This document shows, in pieces, positions 1 through 14,208 of a stretch of DNA of 64,000 nucleotides (its first letter is position 1; each line of letters begins with the position of its first letter). The DNA comes from Eledone cirrhosa (taxonomy: Eukaryota). Below the pieces are notes generated by a model that made no database searches, had not been told where the DNA came from, and saw nothing but the letters and a program-made list of their open reading frames with translations. The stretch covers positions 210,862,001-210,926,000 of the forward strand of contig OZ024742.1 of the NCBI GenBank assembly GCA_964016885.1, given 5' to 3'. Made by a program: the position numbers and the translations under genes.

Positions 1-426
1 CCACCTCAACTGATGCCACATGAAACAGGGCCTGTCTCATTCCTTTCTGTTCATGTGTTATCACTGCCTGTGCTCAACCACAGGAAAGATAAGAAATCAG
101 AAAAACAAATAGTTTGAGGCAAGTTTCCACATATATTCAGGTTACATTTTGTTGCTGTTATTTGAATTCCATGCATGGCCATCATGTCATTTTAAACGTA
201 TCATTTTATGTGTCCTTTCTTGTTTTAAGATAGTGGAGTGTAATTTGTGAAGATTTAATTGTTGTTTCTAGTATGTTGATTTATCACAACAAAACTTTCT
301 CTCATTGGTTTGAAGTAAACTTGGTTGTTGTTTAGCCCTAGATCAGCCCTGAACTCATGATCTGTGAGTCAATAATTTAGTACATTTTCTAGTTAGTAGA
401 GAGTGACAACTAGCAGATAGTAATAG

Positions 427-752
427 TAAAGACCTCTTTCAGTCACGATTGACCATGGGATTTGCACCTAGAAAGTTCCCCCGAGGCACAAGTCTGGGCA
501 TGGTTGTTTGTGGAAGATCAGCAGTCGCCCCTGCTTACCAGCCTTCACTCTCCATGCCATCGATGTTGTCCAAAGGAAAGACAATGTCAGTACAGCTTGG
601 CACCAGTGATGTTGCAACTCACTTCTATAGCTAAGTAAATTGGAGCAATGTGAAATAAAGTGTCTTGCTCAAGGACACAATGCACTACCCAGTCTGGGAA
701 TCAAACTCACATCTCACAATTGCAAGCGCAATGCTCTAACCACTAAACCATA
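427..752 (-). mobile_element. tRNA-derived SINE (family B, CORE/V-SINE-like); related copies at about 5650-5905 and 18125-18325
   Basis: Reverse strand starts TGGTTTAGTGGTTAGAGC (A box) and has GTTTGATTCCC (B box-like) and CCTTGAGCAAGACACTTTATTTCACATTGCTCC, shared with the other copies. Confidence 0.7.
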
Positions 753-1124
753 ATAGTATGTTTCTTTTATATTATGCCCTTGGAAAAGACATTTAACTCT
801 GAATAGCTCAAATCAGCTAACTATAAGATGAATGTCATGCAAAGTTATAGAACAAAAAGACTGTATAACTTACAGTTTATAGTACTAAGTTGAAAGTTTT
901 TTTATAGAAACTAGCATTCCTACCACAGGTGGAAAATGTTTGTTAAATTCTTAATAGCATAAGCATATGGTTCTGAGTTTGATTCTAATGCTTGGAACCT
1001 TGGGCAAGTATCTTCTAGCCAAAAAGGCCATGACATTGAAAGGTTTCCTCTGGCTAAGTTCTAAAAAGATTTACCTGAAAAACATTTCTCAGGATCACAT
1101 ACCAATCCCAAAATATTTTCTACC

Positions 1125-1572
1125 TTAATCCTTTAGCATTTAAACCAGCCATATCCGACCAGAATTCTCTCACCTCTTTCTGTTCAAACTGCCCATAACC
1201 AGCTACTCAGTTTGAACAGAAAGAGGTGAGAGAATTCTGGCCTTATGATTAGGTATTGTTCTCAAAATAAATAATATCAAAATTTCATAGATTTGATATT
1301 ATTTACCATGAAAATTTATCATTTGTTGTGCTCATAGTTTGCGCAGAGAGGTAAGAACAAAAATGGCGTATACATACAAATTTATATGCGAACACATTCA
1401 ACACAGTTTATATCACATACAAATCTCATACATATATATACAGTATATACAACCGAAAAAGTTTGGAGACATAAATATAGAAACTTATCTGATACAAAGT
1501 CCTCATAACAATTGCACACTTTTATGAAAATATAATAATAAATATAGAGTAATGTAAATGCTAAAGGGTTAA
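1125..1572 (+). mobile_element. piggyBac-type MITE (about 200 bp family) carrying a 208-bp insertion (1316-1523)
   Basis: TTAA flanks and TIRs (C/T)CCTTTAGCATTTA...TAAATGCTAAAGGG; the insertion is bounded by an ATGAAAAT duplication (1308-1315 and 1524-1531). Confidence 0.75.
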
Positions 1573-1959
1573 CTGTGTGAACTGGGAAATGTAAATTTGT
1601 TTACTTTGCTGGTTCTGCCCTAACCATCATTCTTATCTAGTGGCATAAATTTGTAAAAATCTACCTACTCAGACACTGATCAGAAATTCTCAGGTTTACT
1701 TAAAGCTCACCTGCTGATGCATCTACACACTCTGCCAGCCAGAGAAGCAGACACTGTCCTTATTGCCTTCCGCTATGTGACATCATTGGTCTCCATACTT
1801 CCAGCAAGACACCTATAATGCCACACTGTATATTGATTGAATCTCTAGGGACATATATAAGAACCAAGTAATAAAGCTCACAGCTTACAACCCTGACTCA
1901 CACTCGATAACATAAGGAACCACTAATAGGAAGAATACGATCGTGAATACAAGCAACCG

Positions 1960-2340
1960 AAATGGGATTCCTCTGAAGGGTTTTTGGATGTTACTTGGTA
2001 GAGTGCATAGCTCGGAGATCAGAGAGTCACTCCAGATAGAGCCACTACTTCTCTAAATTGAGAGATCACAGCTCTGATATTACAGACATGTGGTTAGAAT
2101 ATCTAAAGAAAGAATCACTGGACAGATTTTATGGGCGAAACTAATTGGCAGGAAGCTCAGAGCTTGACCCTGAGCAAGATCGTTGGATAATATCCAAGAG
2201 CTAAGCTGGTCCCACTTGTGGATCAATTGGAGATAGTTACTTCTGACAGAACCCGCTTGAAGGCTTTCTTGAGGACTGCTACAATAACCCTCCCAGGAAT
2301 AAGTGGGTGAAGAAAATGAGGGAGGAGGAAGAAGAAGAAA
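1960..2340 (+). mobile_element. Degenerate RTE-type LINE 3' remnant
   Basis: Decayed translation ILWAKLIGRKLRA*P*ARSLDNIQE...TSDRTRLKAFLR resembles the RTE ORF C-terminus; purine-repeat tail. Confidence 0.45.
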
Positions 2341-4276
2341 AAATGACTGTTACATATAGCTGTCACTTGTTATCAGAGGAGAAAGTGGTCCAACAAAAGT
2401 GCATTTAGTGCAGCTAGTTCACTCAAATGGCTGTTTACAAACAATCTTTGCATTGACTTTAAATTAAATGGTTCATGTTATATAAGGAAATTAATGTTTT
2501 ATGTAAGGTTTCAGATCTAAAAAAAAAGAAAACAGATTGGATTTTACTTTTTACTTGCAAAATGATTTATATTTTTAAATATATATAAAGATCATGTTGT
2601 TTTTGAAGGATATTAGATGCTGAAGAATGAGTTGTGTTAAACAAAAATAAGATACTGCTGTTGTTGTTATTGTTGCTATTCTTATACGTAACAAGTATCA
2701 TAGAGTAGAATTAAGTTCATGGTGAACCAAATCCTCAATTTCTGTTCAGAACCATTTCATTTATTTCTGTCTTTTGGAAATTAATGAACTTTGTCCCCCA
2801 TATATAAAGTTTACAATTATTTATTTTTTTATGCCAAATACATTTTTATTGGCATAAAATGGTGCCCCTCTTTCCTTGATGCCTTAAGCTTGTGCTTAAT
2901 TTGCTTAAGGCAGCCCTGCAACTGTGGCTCAGCAGATACATTAAAGCACTAGAGTTAATGTTTTTCTGTATTATAGTTTCCTCTCCTCAGCATTCTGAGT
3001 TCAAATCCTGTTACGGTCTGCCAAACCTTTCAACCTTCTGGAATCAGATTTAATAGTTATGTATTAGGGTCAATTTAATTAACTATAATTAATCTTGCTC
3101 AGAAAATTTATACAAAATGAAGGCTGTAGCACAGTCCACTGGATTCTTCTTGAATGCTGAGAAAGATCCAGAACATATCCTGGAAAACAGACATAGCAAA
3201 TAAATTGCTCTACAGTTCACACCCTCATCTTTTTGGCATTGTAAGGTGTAGGAGGCTCACATTAGCTTTGACATGTGAAACATCACAATGAACCTGCTGG
3301 GAGAGTTATTTTCAGGAAACCAAATGTATGCAGACAATTTGGGAAACCAACCACCACCACCACCACACTGAAGGGTGTTCTTGAAGATGACACAAAGTTG
3401 GAGGCAAGGGAATTTCAGATGGCAATGCTAGACAGGGTGAGCTGGAGGAGGAATTTTGTCATGGCACTGGTAATGGATGTGTAAAAGAAGAGTTAATGTA
3501 AGAAATCAATACTATTGATTGTTAATAGAAGCACTTGTGCATTTTTCAAACTGTTTAATTTTTTTAAGAAATAGTCAAAAAGCAAAGTACATTTTGTCTG
3601 AATTATTTTGAGTAGAGAAGAGAAGCTCTTTTTTAGAATGTTTGCTTCAATAGGTTATTTTATTGATTCTTGCCTTTTGTATAAAATTGTCAGAATTTGC
3701 CATACAACAAAGAAGGTTTCTATAGTTCAGAGCTTGAAATACTTGAATGGTATGCCAAGACAATGATGGTTTCTGATAGGAGTAAATATATGTGAGATTC
3801 TGCCATATTTGTAGTTAGTATGCAGAATGCACCCCTGAGGTCTCCTCTCCCAGCCAAGACTAAAATCACTTTTATTCTTATGAACTGAGTAGAATGTGCT
3901 TCACTAAAGAGATCTAATGAGACTGAAACATGTCCATTGCTGTTACCAATTGGTTTTAATGACACTGTTCTGCATTGTCTATACTGTTAAGAAAATGTTA
4001 TCAACTAATTTTATTTAATGTACCTTCCTTGTTTTTTTTTTATATCTGAAACACCCCTAGAGGTAATATCAGTTAATCAAAGTTTTTCACTTCATTATAT
4101 AACATTTGTGAAACTTTAATGTACTTCTAAAATACATATGTGTATTAAAGTAATGCAACAAGCCTAATAACAACAATAAAAAAGATGACATCCATAGTGG
4201 AAACTGCAATAATTATATTTGCTATAACAGCTGCTTGATAAAGTAGTTGCTCAAATAACAATATTATATAATGATA

Positions 4277-5003
4277 GTTCAAATCCCGCCGAGGTTAACT
4301 TTGCTTTCATCCTTACGGGGTCGATAAAATAAAGTACCAGTAATACACTGGGTAATTGCTGGCCTTGTGCCAAAAGTAGAAACAATTATATAATGATAGT
4401 GATAGTGAAGATTTCTCATTAACACAAAGACACAAATTTGTGGGAAAGAAAAGAAAATTGATTGAATTAACTCTAACATATGTCTGGTTCTGATTTTACT
4501 GACTTTAGTATATAAGAAGTCAATACCAGAAATTGTTTAACTGAGAACATTGAGAGACAAAATACAGCAAAGTATTTCGTCTCTCAACGTTCTGATTTAG
4601 GCATAAGACCAACAATTTGGCGGGAGGAAAAAATCGATTTAATCAACCCTAGTCTGTTATTTTATCGACCCTGTATAGATGAAAGGCATAGCTAACCTAA
4701 GTAGGATTTGAACTCAGAACGTAAAAGGACATAACTATATGCCGCAAGGCATGTTGTCCAATGCTCTACCAATACTGTCAATCCACCGCCCCAAATATAA
4801 TAGTAATAATAATAATTGTTTCTACGTTAGGCACAAGGCCAGCAATTACCCAGTACATTACTGGTACTTTATTTTATCGACCCCGTAAGGATGAAAGGCA
4901 AAGTTAACCTCGGCAGGATTTGAACTCAGAATGGCAATGGCAGTAACTCTATACGTCAAAGCATGGCGTCTGACTCTCTACCGATACTGCCAATCCACCG
5001 CCC
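4277..5003. mobile_element. Cluster of three family-A tRNA-derived SINEs (+ 4277-4390; - 4590-4792; - 4813-5003)
   Basis: Consensus GGCGGTGGATTGGCAGTATCGGTAGAG...GAGTTCAAATCC...GCCTTTCATCCTTACGGGGTCGATAAAATAAAGTACCAGT...GCTGGCCTTGTGCC..TAGAAAC(ATT)n; the central block resembles the Meta/MESC SINE domain (from memory, unverified). Confidence 0.85.
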
Positions 5004-6464
5004 TAGTAATAGTAATAATAATAGTTATTATTGTTATGTTTATTTTCTTTCTCTTGTTTAATTTACATACCAATGGCTATATGTAATTATATAATTGAGA
5101 GTAAATTACAAGAGTTTGCTACTTTACTTTTATTTGGCCTTTAGTTCACATCTGTAATACTCTCTCAATAATCAAACCTAACTGTTGAATAGGTTGGCTG
5201 TTCATATTTACTACTAATAATTGCAGGAAGAAATTTCTGAGGCACAACTACAAATAAATCTGATAGAACCAACTGTTCTATTTCACAATTAGTTGCTTCA
5301 GAAGCTTCTAATCCTGCAAAGCACATGGAGAAGGATCCATTAACTCACACAGTGGCTAATCCTGCAGATTAGATAAATGTGGTTGGCGTTAGGAAGAGCA
5401 TTCAGCTGTAGAAAACAAGCCAGAAACATCCTGTCTAACCCATGCTAGCGTGGAAAAGTGGATGTTAAACGGTGATGACAAAGGATTCATTAACTCACAC
5501 TGTGGCTATAATATGTATACACTGTGTGCATACATATACTATGCCAAGTTACTGTCTTTTTTCTGCCTCCTTTCCAGCATGGCATCAGTGACCATCTAGA
5601 AGAGCTGTTTTGACTGGTACTTTAAGCCACTCATGTAGGATGAAAACCTATCGATCGAATTGATCAACAAGATCCCAAACCTCACTCACTTACCAATTGG
5701 GATGGAATTTTGAATTCAAATTGAACTAAAGAAACAATGTTTCTATTGGTCTTTTCATTGCTGATACTATCTACCAGTTGCAACTCCTGTTAGAAAGAGC
5801 AGTGTGAAAAGGTGTCTTGCTCAAAGACATAACGCATCGCCTAGTCCAAGAATTGAACTCGCAACCTCACAATTGTGAATTCAATTCTCTAACCATTAAG
5901 CCAATAAGGATATAGTATAATATAATATTAATGTAATATTAAAATTTATATAATAATGTATTCATTTATGATAAATATTAATTTGTATATAGTAAATAAT
6001 AAATATCAATTTCTAATATTGACATTAGGCCCAGTAGCAAGTTGATTTTATACCCCTAAAACTTAAATATAGGTAGGGCTTTTTTTTATCTAGGTGGAAA
6101 ACTGGTCACAGATTTTGGGTACTTGAAAAATTGAAGTGGGTGTTATCTCAGTAGCTGTATTGAATGGAGAACCCTATGTGACACTTTAGTTGGATACCCT
6201 CAACACCTTCCTTAATATGGATATCCAGGACTGATACACCCTTTGCTCCATTCTCAGCATGCTACTAATTCGACCACAATTTTTGTATGAATGCACAATC
6301 AGTTTAAGTGACCCGAGTAATTGATTGGCACTTATTTTATTGATGCCAGGAAGGATGAAAAGCAAAATTGACTCTAGTGGGATGACGTAAGTGACCACAA
6401 AGGATTTTATTCAGTACTCTACTGATTATGCCATTCACTCCCCTTTTAATTTCTATTAATAATA

Positions 6465-8336
6465 ATGGTTTCTGATTTAGGCACAAGGCCAACAATTTTG
6501 AAGGAGGATAAAGTCAATTAAATCAACCCCAGTGCATTACTGGTACTTTATTTCATCGACCTCATAAGGATAAAAAGTAAAGTTAATGTTAATTTGAAAT
6601 CAAAAAGTAAAGCATGATCTCCGGCACCCTACCGATACTGCCGATCCACCACCCAATAATAATGATTCCTACTATAGGCACAAGGCCAGCAATTTGGGGG
6701 GGAGGAGGGAAAGTCAATTAAAATAACCCCAGTGTATTACTGGTACTTTATTTTATCAACTCCATAAGGATGAAAAGCAAAGCTAACCTTGGTGATATTT
6801 GCCACCACCCAATAATAATATTAATAAAGGCAGTAGATTGGAAGAATTGTTAGAGTATTATATTTATTCTATCTCTTTGTATTATAAGTTCAAATCCAAC
6901 CAATATCAACTTTGCCTTTCGTCCTTCCAGTGCTAATAAGATAAAGTACTAATCAAATACTAAAGTAATTTTAATTGACTTATCCCCCTCTCCCACTAAA
7001 TTTTTGGGGTTTTGTGCCTATATTAGAAAGGATTAATTATAATAAGGCTCTTATCATTTAATAACAAAATCATTGTGATTAACATCTTTGTTCTTTTTGT
7101 ATTTTTTTCATTGCCTCCTCAGTATTATTGTAGTTGTTATTATTAAAATCCTGCCAAGGTTAGCTTTGCCCTTCATCCTTACAGGGTCAATAAAATAAAG
7201 TACCAGTCATGCACTGGGGATCGATTTAATTGAATTTCCCCTTTCACCAAAATTTCTGGTCTTGTACTTATAGTAGAAATTGTTATTATTATTATTGGTG
7301 GATTGGCAGTATCGGTAGAGCGTTGGGTACCATACTTCATGGCATAGAATTATGGCCCTTTACATTCTGAATTCAAATGCCGTCAAAGTTAGCTTTGCCT
7401 TTCATTCTTATGGGGTTGATAAAATAACTTTCGCCTCCCCCAAAATTATTGGCCCATTATTATAAGGGCAGTGAATTGACAGAGTTAGTAGAGTGTCGGA
7501 CACCACGCTTTGCAGCATATATTTACAACCCTTTATGTTCTGAGTTTAATCCTGCCGAGGTTAGCTTTGCCTTTCATTCTTACAGGGTCAATAAAATAAG
7601 TACCAGTAACACACTGGGATCGATTTAATCGACTATCCCCTCCCCAAAAATTGTTGGCCTTGTGCCTAAATCAGAAACCATTATTATATCTGCTACATTC
7701 CTCATAGTAGTTGCATGTTTAGTTATTATTGGGAAGAGAAATTAGTTTCTATGTGACTCAGCATTTCTGACAAGCTTGTTCCTTATTAAAATTATTATTA
7801 TTTGATGGATAAAACTTGGGCTTACAACAATTGCTTTAATAACTTCAATGTTCTTTTATTCTTTTACTGGTTTCAGTCATTGGAAAATGGACTGAGGTCA
7901 TGCTGGGGCACCACCTTCAAGGGTATAAGATGATTTAATCGAGCCCATTACTTGTAGACTGGTATTTTATTTTATCGACCCATTCCACACACACACACAT
8001 AGGAAGGATGAAAAGCAAAGTTGACCTTGGTGGGATTTGAACTCAGAACATAATGGAATGTAACAAAATTACCGCAAGGTATTTTGTCAGGCACTCTATC
8101 AATTCTGCCAATTTTTGTCTACTGCCATTTAATTTTTGTAGTCTGGTTCTCACTTGAGCAGTTGTAGTCATTTCTTTCTCTGATTTTAATATGAAGTCTT
8201 GTGTATTTTTTTAATTTCATGCTGATATAATAATAATAATGATGATGATAATAATAATAATATATATATATACGTGTATATATATATATACACGTATATA
8301 TATTTATATATATATATATACGTATAAATATATATA

Positions 8337-8408
<72 letters not shown>

Positions 8409-9100
8409 GTTGTTAATGGTGTGTTAACTGGCTTAACAATGTATACAGTGAGTTTATTTGCCCTAGTTGTCAGGTAGACACTCGGCAAAAAACAGAAACA
8501 ATACTGAAGGAAGAGGAAAAACAAACAATAATTGTTTCTACTTGTGGCACAAGGCCAGCAATGAGCCAGTGCATTACTGGTACTTTATTTTATCGACCCC
8601 CGAAAGGATGAAAGGCAAAGTTAACCTCAGTGGGATTTGAACTCAAACCATAAAGGGACGTAACTCTCTGCTGGAAAGCAAGGCGTCCAACCCTCTACCA
8701 ATACTGCCAATCCACTGCCAAGAAACAATAATAATAATGGTTTCTAGTATAGACACAAGGCCAGCAATTTTGTGGGAGGGGAAAGTCAATTAAATCAACC
8801 CCGTTGCATGACTGGTACTTTATTTTATCAACTCTGTAAGGGTGAAAGTGAAAGGCTAAGGTAACCTTGGTGGGATTTGAACTCAGAACGTAAAGGGCCA
8901 TAACTCTAAGCTGTAAAGATGATAATAATAATAATTGTTTCTACCTTTGGCACAAGGCCAGCAATTACCCAGTGTATTACTGGTACTTTATTTTATCGAC
9001 CCCATAAGGATGAAAGGCAAAGTTAACCACAGCGGGATTTGAACTCAGAAGGTAAAGGGCCATAACTCTATGCTGTAAAGCATGGTGTCTGACTGCCAAA
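6465..9100. mobile_element. Dense cluster of about 10 family-A SINE copies and fragments in both orientations
   Basis: Repeated GCCTTTCATCCTTA/TAAGGATGAAAGGC core and TACCAGT..ACTGG hairpin, separated by (TAA)n tails. Confidence 0.8.
8260..8405. repeat. (TA)n microsatellite
   Basis: Long, nearly pure TA run. Confidence 0.95.
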
Positions 9101-9109
9101 TGATAATAA

Positions 9110-10050
9110 TAGTATGGTATGGATCGACTATCAAAAAGTGTTTGATAGTGTTCCCCATACATGGATACTGCACACTCTAGCCATGAATAAAGCACCACCA
9201 TCAATAAGAACATTTATTGAGCATGCCATGAGTAAGTGGCAAACAGTTCTGCAAATAGAAACAGAAGATGAAACTATAAAAACTGAGCTCATTCCAATCA
9301 ACAGAGGGATATTTCAAGGATAGTCCCTATCACCACTGCTCTTCTGCTTAGCACAAACACCATTAACTGAGGCACTAAACCAAACAGGACTAGAGTATAA
9401 ATGCTACAATAAGAAAATTAATCATCTCCTATATGTGGATGATCTAAAACTATATGCTGCAAACGAAAGACAACTCAAAACACTCCTACATACAGTACAT
9501 GGATTCACAAAAGAAATAGGCATGAAATTTGGACTAGAAAAATGTGCCAAGGTAACTCTAAAGAGAGGAAAACTAATGAAACTCACTAATATCATGCTAG
9601 ATCAAGAAACTTAGATAAGAGAATTGGATCAAACAAAGACATACAAATACTTAGGAATCAATGAATTAGATAGGGTTCAACACATACAGATGAAAGAGAA
9701 GATTAGAAAGAAATACTATAGATGGATTAGATTACTATTTAAAACTGAACTAAATGCAAAGAATAAGATAATTAGCATCAATACCCGAATGATCCCAGTA
9801 GTAAGCTACAGTTTTAATATTCTGAACTGGACACTAAAAGAAATAGCTGGAATAGACAGAAAAAATAAGAAAAATAATGACTGCATTTAGAAAAGGTATC
9901 AGAGAATATCAAATCAACCATTCTCTGGGATATGCCAATGCATACAGACAGGGAGATGAAATCCAACCAACCAGATACAAATAAAAGAAATGTCATATTG
10001 ATGTATCAATCCCTACAGACGACAATATATCTACCTAGGAAATGGACCAT
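9110..10050 (+). mobile_element. R4/Dong-like RLE non-LTR retrotransposon fragment (RT joined by an internal deletion to the endonuclease region), pseudogenised
   Basis: WIDYQKVFDSVPH, RGIFQG*SLSPLLF, LLYVDDLKLY and YKYLG RT motifs, then TILWDMPMHTDRE..IDVSIPTDDN. Confidence 0.8.
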
Positions 10051-10247
10051 CAATTTGTAATAGTAGGGTATGGTTGATTGAATTGACTAAAATATATTAT
10101 GGTGCTTATTTTACACCCCACAGAAAGAGGAAAGAAGTCAAATCTGGCAAGATTGTGTTGGCAGTGAAATGAGTTTGTAAAAGACATAACTAAACATTGT
10201 ATGGTACTTATCTGGGCATTCTACTGATTGACTATGTAGAATGTATT

Positions 10248-11160
10248 CATCATCATCATCATCACCGTTTTACGTCCGTTCTTCCACGCTAGCATGGGTT
10301 AGACGGGTTGTCCTGTTGTGGGCAGTGTCTGGTCGGCTGACCATGCCTTGCTCATACAGGAACTGATCTGGCTTGATTTCTACAGCTGGATGCCCTTCCT
10401 AACACCAACCTCATTTACAGTGAGTGCTGGGTGCTTTTTCGTGGCGCCTACACGTCCACTTTACAGTGTGGGCTGGGTGCTTTTTTGCCGTGGCACCTCC
10501 ACGACCACCTTGCGGTGGGGGCATATTGTTTATATGCTTCAGCATGTACCCATGGGAGGTCGGGTACCCTGTATTACTGCGTGACGCCAGAAGTCATGGT
10601 CGTGTGTCATTGACTTTGAGAGGTGTAGTTGGGTAAGGTCGGCTTTTATCACCTCATCCCAAGTCATCTTGGGTCTCCCCACTCCGCGGTTTCCATCAAC
10701 TTCTAGTGCTCTGCACCTTTTTATGCAGCTGTCATCCTTCATACGCATCACATGTCCATACCAGCGTAACCGCCTCTCCTGCACGCAGCATTTGATTCCT
10801 CTTATGCTCAGTCTCTCTCTCAATTCCTTTATGCTTTGTCGTTCACGTATATTACTGTTACACATCCATCGGAGCATGCAGGCTTCGTTTCTCTCTAATC
10901 TACGTAAGTCTTCCACCTTCAGCGCCCAGGTCTCACTACCATGCAACATCGCTGTTCGGATACACGCATCATACAGTCTGCCTTTCATTCTGAGGGAGAA
11001 GCCTTTTGCAGCTAGCAGTGGTAGTAGTTCCCTAAACTTCTTCCATCCCGTTCTTACCCTAGTTATTGTACTTTCTGAGCACCCACCTCCGTTGCTAATT
11101 CGGTCACCTAGGTAGCAGAAGCTGTCTACTGTTTCTACAGGGCCCTCCCAGAGATTGGTG
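10248..11160 (-). mobile_element. 5'-truncated RTE LINE (family B) with a long repetitive 3' UTR and (ATG)n tail
   Basis: ORF 10539-11213 has FCYLGD, LHGSETW, RRLRWYGHVMR and GRPKMTW; the 3' UTR (GGAAGGGCATCCAGCTGTAGAAA) recurs at 23523-23872, 25040-25330, 29940-30100 and 37540-37855. Confidence 0.85.
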
Positions 11161-11235
11161 GTACTTGTTTCCTGTGGCTGTTTGCTTGCTGTTTCAATAA
11201 TTTGCTGCAACAATAATTTATTTAGGATTATTATT

Positions 11236-11450
11236 AGGGCAGTGCGTCAGTCACCCTGCTTCGCAGCATAGAGTTATGGCCCTTTGTGTTCTGAGTTCAA
11301 TTCCCACCAAGGTTAGCTTTGCCTTTCATCCTTACGGGGGTCGTTAAAATAAAGCACCAATAATATACTGGGGTCGATTTAATAGACTTTTCCCTCCTCC
11401 CAAATTGCTGGCCTTGTGCCTAAATCAGAAACTATTATTATTATTATTAT
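11236..11450 (+). mobile_element. Family-A SINE
   Basis: Core motif plus (ATT)n tail. Confidence 0.8.
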
Positions 11451-11451
11451 T

Positions 11452-11940
11452 AGTCTTAATTTTTATTGTGCATCATCACTGCATTGCTGAGTACAGCTCT
11501 GTACACCTTGGGTATGTGCAATGTGGTTTTTAGTGGTGCTGTTTCTATTGTATTGAGAGCACTCTTTGTAATAGGTGTGCAGTGCCTAAAAGTGCTATTT
11601 TCTGTATGCTGTATATATTTATTTGTAAGTCCTGGTATTTTGGTTATGTATTTGTCTGTGCTTTTTATCATTCCCAGAGCACCTATAACTATAGGTATTG
11701 TTTCTGTTTTTATCATCCACTTTCGGTTTTACCTTTAGATCTTTGTATTTGGATAGTTTCCCCATTTCCTTGGTAGATATATTGTCATCTGTAGGGATTG
11801 ATACATTAATTGGAAGACATTTTTCTTTGTTAGTCAGCTTGGATCTCCCTGTCTGTGTCTATTGGCATATCCCAGAGAATGGTTGTTTTGTTATTCTCTG
11901 ACACCTTTTCTGGTGTGTGTTTGTATCATCTTTTATCTGT
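11452..11940 (-). mobile_element. R4/Dong-like RLE non-LTR 3' end
   Basis: TILWDMPIDTDR, IDVSIP, KLSKYKDL and IPIVIGALG (restriction-like endonuclease region); the 3' UTR has AATAAA and ends in (TAA)n. Confidence 0.8.
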
Positions 11941-14017
11941 TTATATTATTACTATTTATTATCATTTATTTAACCATGCATTAGTGTGGATAAATCAAAT
12001 CAATTTTTTGTCTTTTGGTGATCTGGGTTAGCCAACAGGGGATTGATGTTTTTAGAGGAGAGAAGGAAGTGTCAGTTATAACAACTCCAGTACATGGTCA
12101 GGCACTCTAACAATTCCCCCAATCATTCACCCTGTTTTTGTTTTTTTTTAATACTGTTATAGAGCATTACCTGCAAGCTTGTAGAGGACAAACTGTTGAC
12201 TGTGTTCATTTACTGCTGACCTGTTTTTACATTTGTCAATATACATTATTCATTAAATAATCCAACAATTCACAGTTCGTTGTTAATGTTATTATGTATA
12301 TAGTTTAACTAAAGATATACTGTTCTTTGTTTACTGATTTATGCTGTGCATTAGAATACTTTTTCATATATCTGTAATGGTGCAGTCTATGCTATTTTCA
12401 GTCATTACTCCAACAGTTTCTTCTCTTCTGAATTTGCAGCTCTGACTCAACTCCACTTCATATATCCACATCTTCTCCAATTACTCCTACACTTTACTAA
12501 ATACATTTTTCAGTTCTTCCTGCCTAGAACAGAATCTCCCTCTTTGCTCACATTCTTCCCTGCCAACCACCAACCTGGGTGGTTTTGTTTCATAGGACTA
12601 AAATCAGTTTTGGATGGATTGGTATCAAAAGGGTTAATTGTATCAATATTAGAGAAGCACTGCTCTTCTTCCTCAGGTTCACTAACAAAAAAAACTTACT
12701 ATTGATAATGTTTTGGAGTACCTACCAAAAGTAGAAACTTACTGTCACTTGATCTTATATAATTTTTTTTTTTTTTCTTCTAACTACTCTAAGGTCTTGA
12801 ATAATCGTTGTCACCCCCACTCCCACCTCGCCCACCCACAATTTTTGATTTTTCAGATTTTTTCCAACCACCCCGCTTATCAAATTTGCTAATCTATTTC
12901 CTGTAAAATGTTATTGTAAGGGATTTATATTGATACAGCAGCTGGAGAATCTAGTAATTATTTATTTTACATAAAAAATTCATTATATATGACAATATGA
13001 CAAAAAAAAAACATTACAAGAAATCACATATTTACAAACATACACTATACAATTACTGCTCCATTTATTCCAAACTCCCTCCCCCTGATTATAAGAATTG
13101 AAGCAAATGTCCAACCCCCCTATTATTTGGTACCTAGCCAGTTAGTCTAAATACCATACATTGTTTAGTTTCTTCTCTATATGTTATGAGTTCAAATCAT
13201 CTGTGTCAACTTTGCCTTTCAACCCACTGGGAGCAATAAAATAAGTACCAGGCATGTGGTTATTTAATGTGGTTATATCTGTACTTTGTTAGAACAGATC
13301 TTTTTATTTAATTGTTTATCACACACACGTATTAATTGTTTGTCTAAACATAAAGAATGGCTAGTGTGATATTGGTGTTAATTAGTTTAATTGGCTGTTA
13401 CTAAAGTAAGTTCTTATTAATTGGAAGTTTATTAGCTGTTTTGCACATTTATGTCAAATTCAACTTATTAAATAATATTGGAGTCCACCAGTGTTAGTTT
13501 TTTTGTTCAAGGTTGTATTTTTTGTGTATTAATAAGGATGGGTTCAATTATGACCCATCTCTGTCTATCATTAATGTTAAAGATGAATTTGATGTTTTTA
13601 TTTGCTTTTACATGTAAGTATTTTTATATAGCTTTGTGTTGTGGGAGTCCAAATAATGCAACCTTATACAGCTAAATCTTGCATGTGCATGGTTAGATGC
13701 TTTGAAAGAGTTGTAAATGTTTGTCCAATATATAGCAGTTGTTTTAAAGTTGTCAACTTCCATTTTCACATTTAGATCTACACACTACATTGATAACACC
13801 TGGGGTCTGAAAGTAGAATGACTACTGCACACTATAAAGTCCTTAACTTTAATATTTGTTTGAATATGATTTGTGGTAATCATCTCCTATATGATTGCAT
13901 TTAGCTCCCTTTCTTTTTTTTAGAATCTTAACTATAATAAAGAGAGGAGTGAGGGACTGCGTCCAGAATATATTTTTTAACCCGTTTGTAAAATAAGTTG
14001 GATTACTTTGAATAAAT

Positions 14018-14208
14018 AATTGTTTCTACTTTAGGCACAAGGCCAGCAATTATTATCCAGTGCATTACTGGTACTTTATTTTATCGACCCCGTAAGGATG
14101 AAAGGCAAAGTCAACCTCGGCAGGATTTGAACTCAGATCGTAAAAGGACGTAGCTATGCTGGAAAGCATGGCGTCCGACCCTCTACCGATACTGCCAATC
14201 CACCGCCC
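14018..14208 (-). mobile_element. Young full-length family-A SINE with an 18-bp TSD
   Basis: TTACTTTGAATAAATAAT is duplicated on both sides. Confidence 0.9.

Noticed and set aside
3720-3984. Minus-strand ORF preceded by an acceptor-like ttttcttaacag
   Set aside because: No recognisable protein similarity or partner exons; could be chance
8239-8427. IY-repeat ORF; also the RE/SL-repeat ORFs at 50754-51223
   Set aside because: Translations of (TA)n and (GA)n microsatellites
14018-14208. tRNA-like A/B boxes
   Set aside because: These are SINE heads, not cloverleaf tRNA genes; no true tRNA gene was found in the window
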